Shown here in pieces: positions 30,396 to 32,000 of a DNA stretch of 32,000 nucleotides (position 1 is its first letter; every line of letters begins with the position of its first letter). Made by a program: the position numbers and the translations under genes. The notes beneath the pieces were generated by a model that was not told where the DNA came from, ran no database searches, and saw nothing but the letters and a program-made list of their open reading frames with translations. The stretch is from Micrococcus luteus NCTC 2665 (lineage in GTDB: Bacteria; Actinomycetota; Actinomycetes; Actinomycetales; Micrococcaceae): positions 1,200,001 through 1,232,000 of the forward strand of contig NC_012803.1 in the NCBI RefSeq assembly GCF_000023205.1, given 5' to 3'.

Positions 30396-31514
30396 TCAGC
30401 GGTGGGCGTCGAGCCCGGAGCGGACCGAGCCGAGCAGCTCCTCCCACGCGGTCTCGAACTTCTCCAGGCCCTCAGTCTCCAGCACGTCCACGACGTCCTG
30501 GTAGGACACGCCCGCCGCGCCGACCGCGTCGAGCAGGGCGTCGGCGTCGGCGTAGGCGCCCGTGACGGTGTCCGCCGTGATCACCCCGTGGTCGGCGACC
30601 GCCTCGAGGGTCTTCTCCGGCAGGGTGGTCACGGTGTGCGGTGCCACGAGCTCGGTGACGTACAGCGTGTCCGGCAGGGCGGGGTCCTTGACACCGGTGG
30701 AGGCCCACAGGGGCCGCTGCACCGGGGCGCCGGCCGCCTCGAGCAGGCGCCAGCGCTCCGAGTCCAAGGCCTGCTCGAAGGCGCGGTAGGCCAGGCGCGC
30801 GTTGGCGACGGCGGCCCGGCCGGTCAGCGCCTCGGCCTCGGGGGTGCCGATCGCGCGCAGCCGCGCGTCGACCTCCGTGTCCACACGGGAGACGAAGAAG
30901 GAGGCCACCGAGTGGAGGCGGCGGACGTCGTGCCCATTCGCCCGGGCCTTCTCCAGGCCGGTGAGCCACGCGTTCAGCACCCGGCGGTAGCGGGGCAGCG
31001 AGAAGATCAGGGTCACGTTCACGCTGATGCCCTCGCCGAGCACGTCCGCGATGGCGGACAGGCCCTCCACGGTCGCGGGGATCTTCACCATGAGGTTGGG
31101 ACGGCCGACGGCCGACGCCAGCTCGCGGGCCTGGGCCACGGTGCCGGCGGCGTCGCGGGCCAGGCGAGGATCGACCTCGAGGGAGACGAACCCGTCCGCC
31201 CCCCCGGTGCGCTCGTGGACGGGCGCGAGCACGTCGGCGGCGCGGCGCACGTCCTCGGTCGTCAGGGCGACGACGGCCTCGTCCACCGAGGCGCCGGCCG
31301 CGGCGAGTTCGCGCAGCTGTCCCTGGTAGGCGCCCGCGTCCGCGAGGGCGACGGCGAAGATGGACGGGTTCGTGGTGACGCCGGTGACCGAGCGGGTGGC
31401 GATCAGCTCGTCGAGCGTGCCCTCGTCCAGCCGCGTGCGGGAGAGGTCGTCGAGCCAGATCGACACACCGGCCTGGGCCAGCGCGGCGGTGTTCGGGTTC
31501 TGCGGGGTGCTCAT
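30396..31514 (-). CDS. tal: Transaldolase
   Basis: GVTTNPSIF, active-site Lys region MVKIPAT. Long actinobacterial form (372 aa). Confidence 0.95.
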   Translation of the reverse strand: MSTPQNPNTAALAQAGVSIWLDDLSRTRLDEGTLDELIATRSVTGVTTNPSIFAVALADAGAYQGQLRELAAAGASVDEAVVALTTEDVRRAADVLAPVHERTGGADGFVSLEVDPRLARDAAGTVAQARELASAVGRPNLMVKIPATVEGLSAIADVLGEGISVNVTLIFSLPRYRRVLNAWLTGLEKARANGHDVRRLHSVASFFVSRVDTEVDARLRAIGTPEAEALTGRAAVANARLAYRAFEQALDSERWRLLEAAGAPVQRPLWASTGVKDPALPDTLYVTELVAPHTVTTLPEKTLEAVADHGVITADTVTGAYADADALLDAVGAAGVSYQDVVDVLETEGLEKFETAWEELLGSVRSGLDAHR

Positions 31515-31574
31515 GGTCTGCGGGTGCCTTCCCTTCGAGGGTGGACGTGCTCGGGGCGCCGTGGGCGCCGGGCC

Positions 31575-32000
31575 TCAGAGGAGGCCGCGGGTCACCGCGG
31601 CGACGTGCTCACCGGTGAATCCGTACTTCTCCATCAGGCGGGCGCCGTCGGCCGACTCGCCGTAGTGCTCGAGGCTCACGCGGGCGCCCGGGGAGGAGGC
31701 CGTCACCGTGTGCTCGAACCACGGCATCCCGATGCCGGCCTCGACGGAGACGCGGACCGGGGCGTCGGGGCCGTCGGGCAGGACCTCGGCCCGGTAGGCC
31801 TCGTCCTGCTCGGCGAACCACTCGAGGCACGGGGCGGAGACGACGCGGGTCGGGACGCCGTCGGCCTGCAGCAGCTCGCGGGCCCGCACGGCCACGGAGA
31901 CCTCGGAGCCGGTCGCGATCAGCAGCGCGCGGGCCGGCGTCGGCGCGCCGTCGGCATCCGTGGCGTCGACGAGGACGTAGGCGCCGCGGGCCACGCCCGA
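31575..32000 (-). CDS. tkt: Transketolase (C-terminal part; gene continues beyond the window)
   Basis: C-terminal domain LIATGSEVSVAV...VVSAPCLEWF...SLEHYGESA...GFT. The frame stays open to the window edge. Confidence 0.9.
   Translation of the reverse strand, partial: SGVARGAYVLVDATDADGAPTPARALLIATGSEVSVAVRARELLQADGVPTRVVSAPCLEWFAEQDEAYRAEVLPDGPDAPVRVSVEAGIGMPWFEHTVTASSPGARVSLEHYGESADGARLMEKYGFTGEHVAAVTRGLL

Overview
Very high-GC actinobacterial chromosome. Gene order suggests a Micrococcaceae-like organism (Micrococcus/Kocuria type), but that is a guess. All product calls rest on motifs recognised by eye; nothing was searched.

The window is densely packed core genome. + strand, in order:
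- tandem pair of dephospho-CoA-kinase-like genes (the first degenerate)
- uvrB
- SatD-like/DUF3307-like two-gene module
- two tandem TerC genes: the first is 3'-truncated, the second sits behind a candidate yybP-ykoY Mn2+ riboswitch

Then, on the - strand: an S33-type alpha/beta hydrolase and an SF2 DEAD/DEAH helicase.

Then tam (+), an MBL hydrolase (-) divergent from uvrA, and, all +, uvrA, an acyltransferase, uvrC-rapZ-yvcK-whiA, sodA, gap, pgk-tpiA and secG.

Convergent on the - strand is the tkt-tal-pgi-zwf-opcA pentose-phosphate operon.

I see no tRNA/rRNA, CRISPR, IS or prophage signal. The many long extra ORFs in the track are antisense or out-of-frame artefacts of the GC content.

Best candidate for an undescribed system: the SatD-like (cyclase-homology-like N-terminus plus HTH) and membrane-partner pair at 3441-4889. 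It lies behind a palindromic operator in the most AT-rich spot of the window.

Other notable signals:
- RecA-NDp/PafBC-type promoters on both uvrB and uvrA
- a recurring leaderless signature (TAnnnT, then 6-7 nt, then the start codon) at seven genes
- promoters embedded in rare-codon patches at gene 3' ends
- frequent 4-nt start/stop overlaps (ATGA/GTGA), suggesting translational coupling
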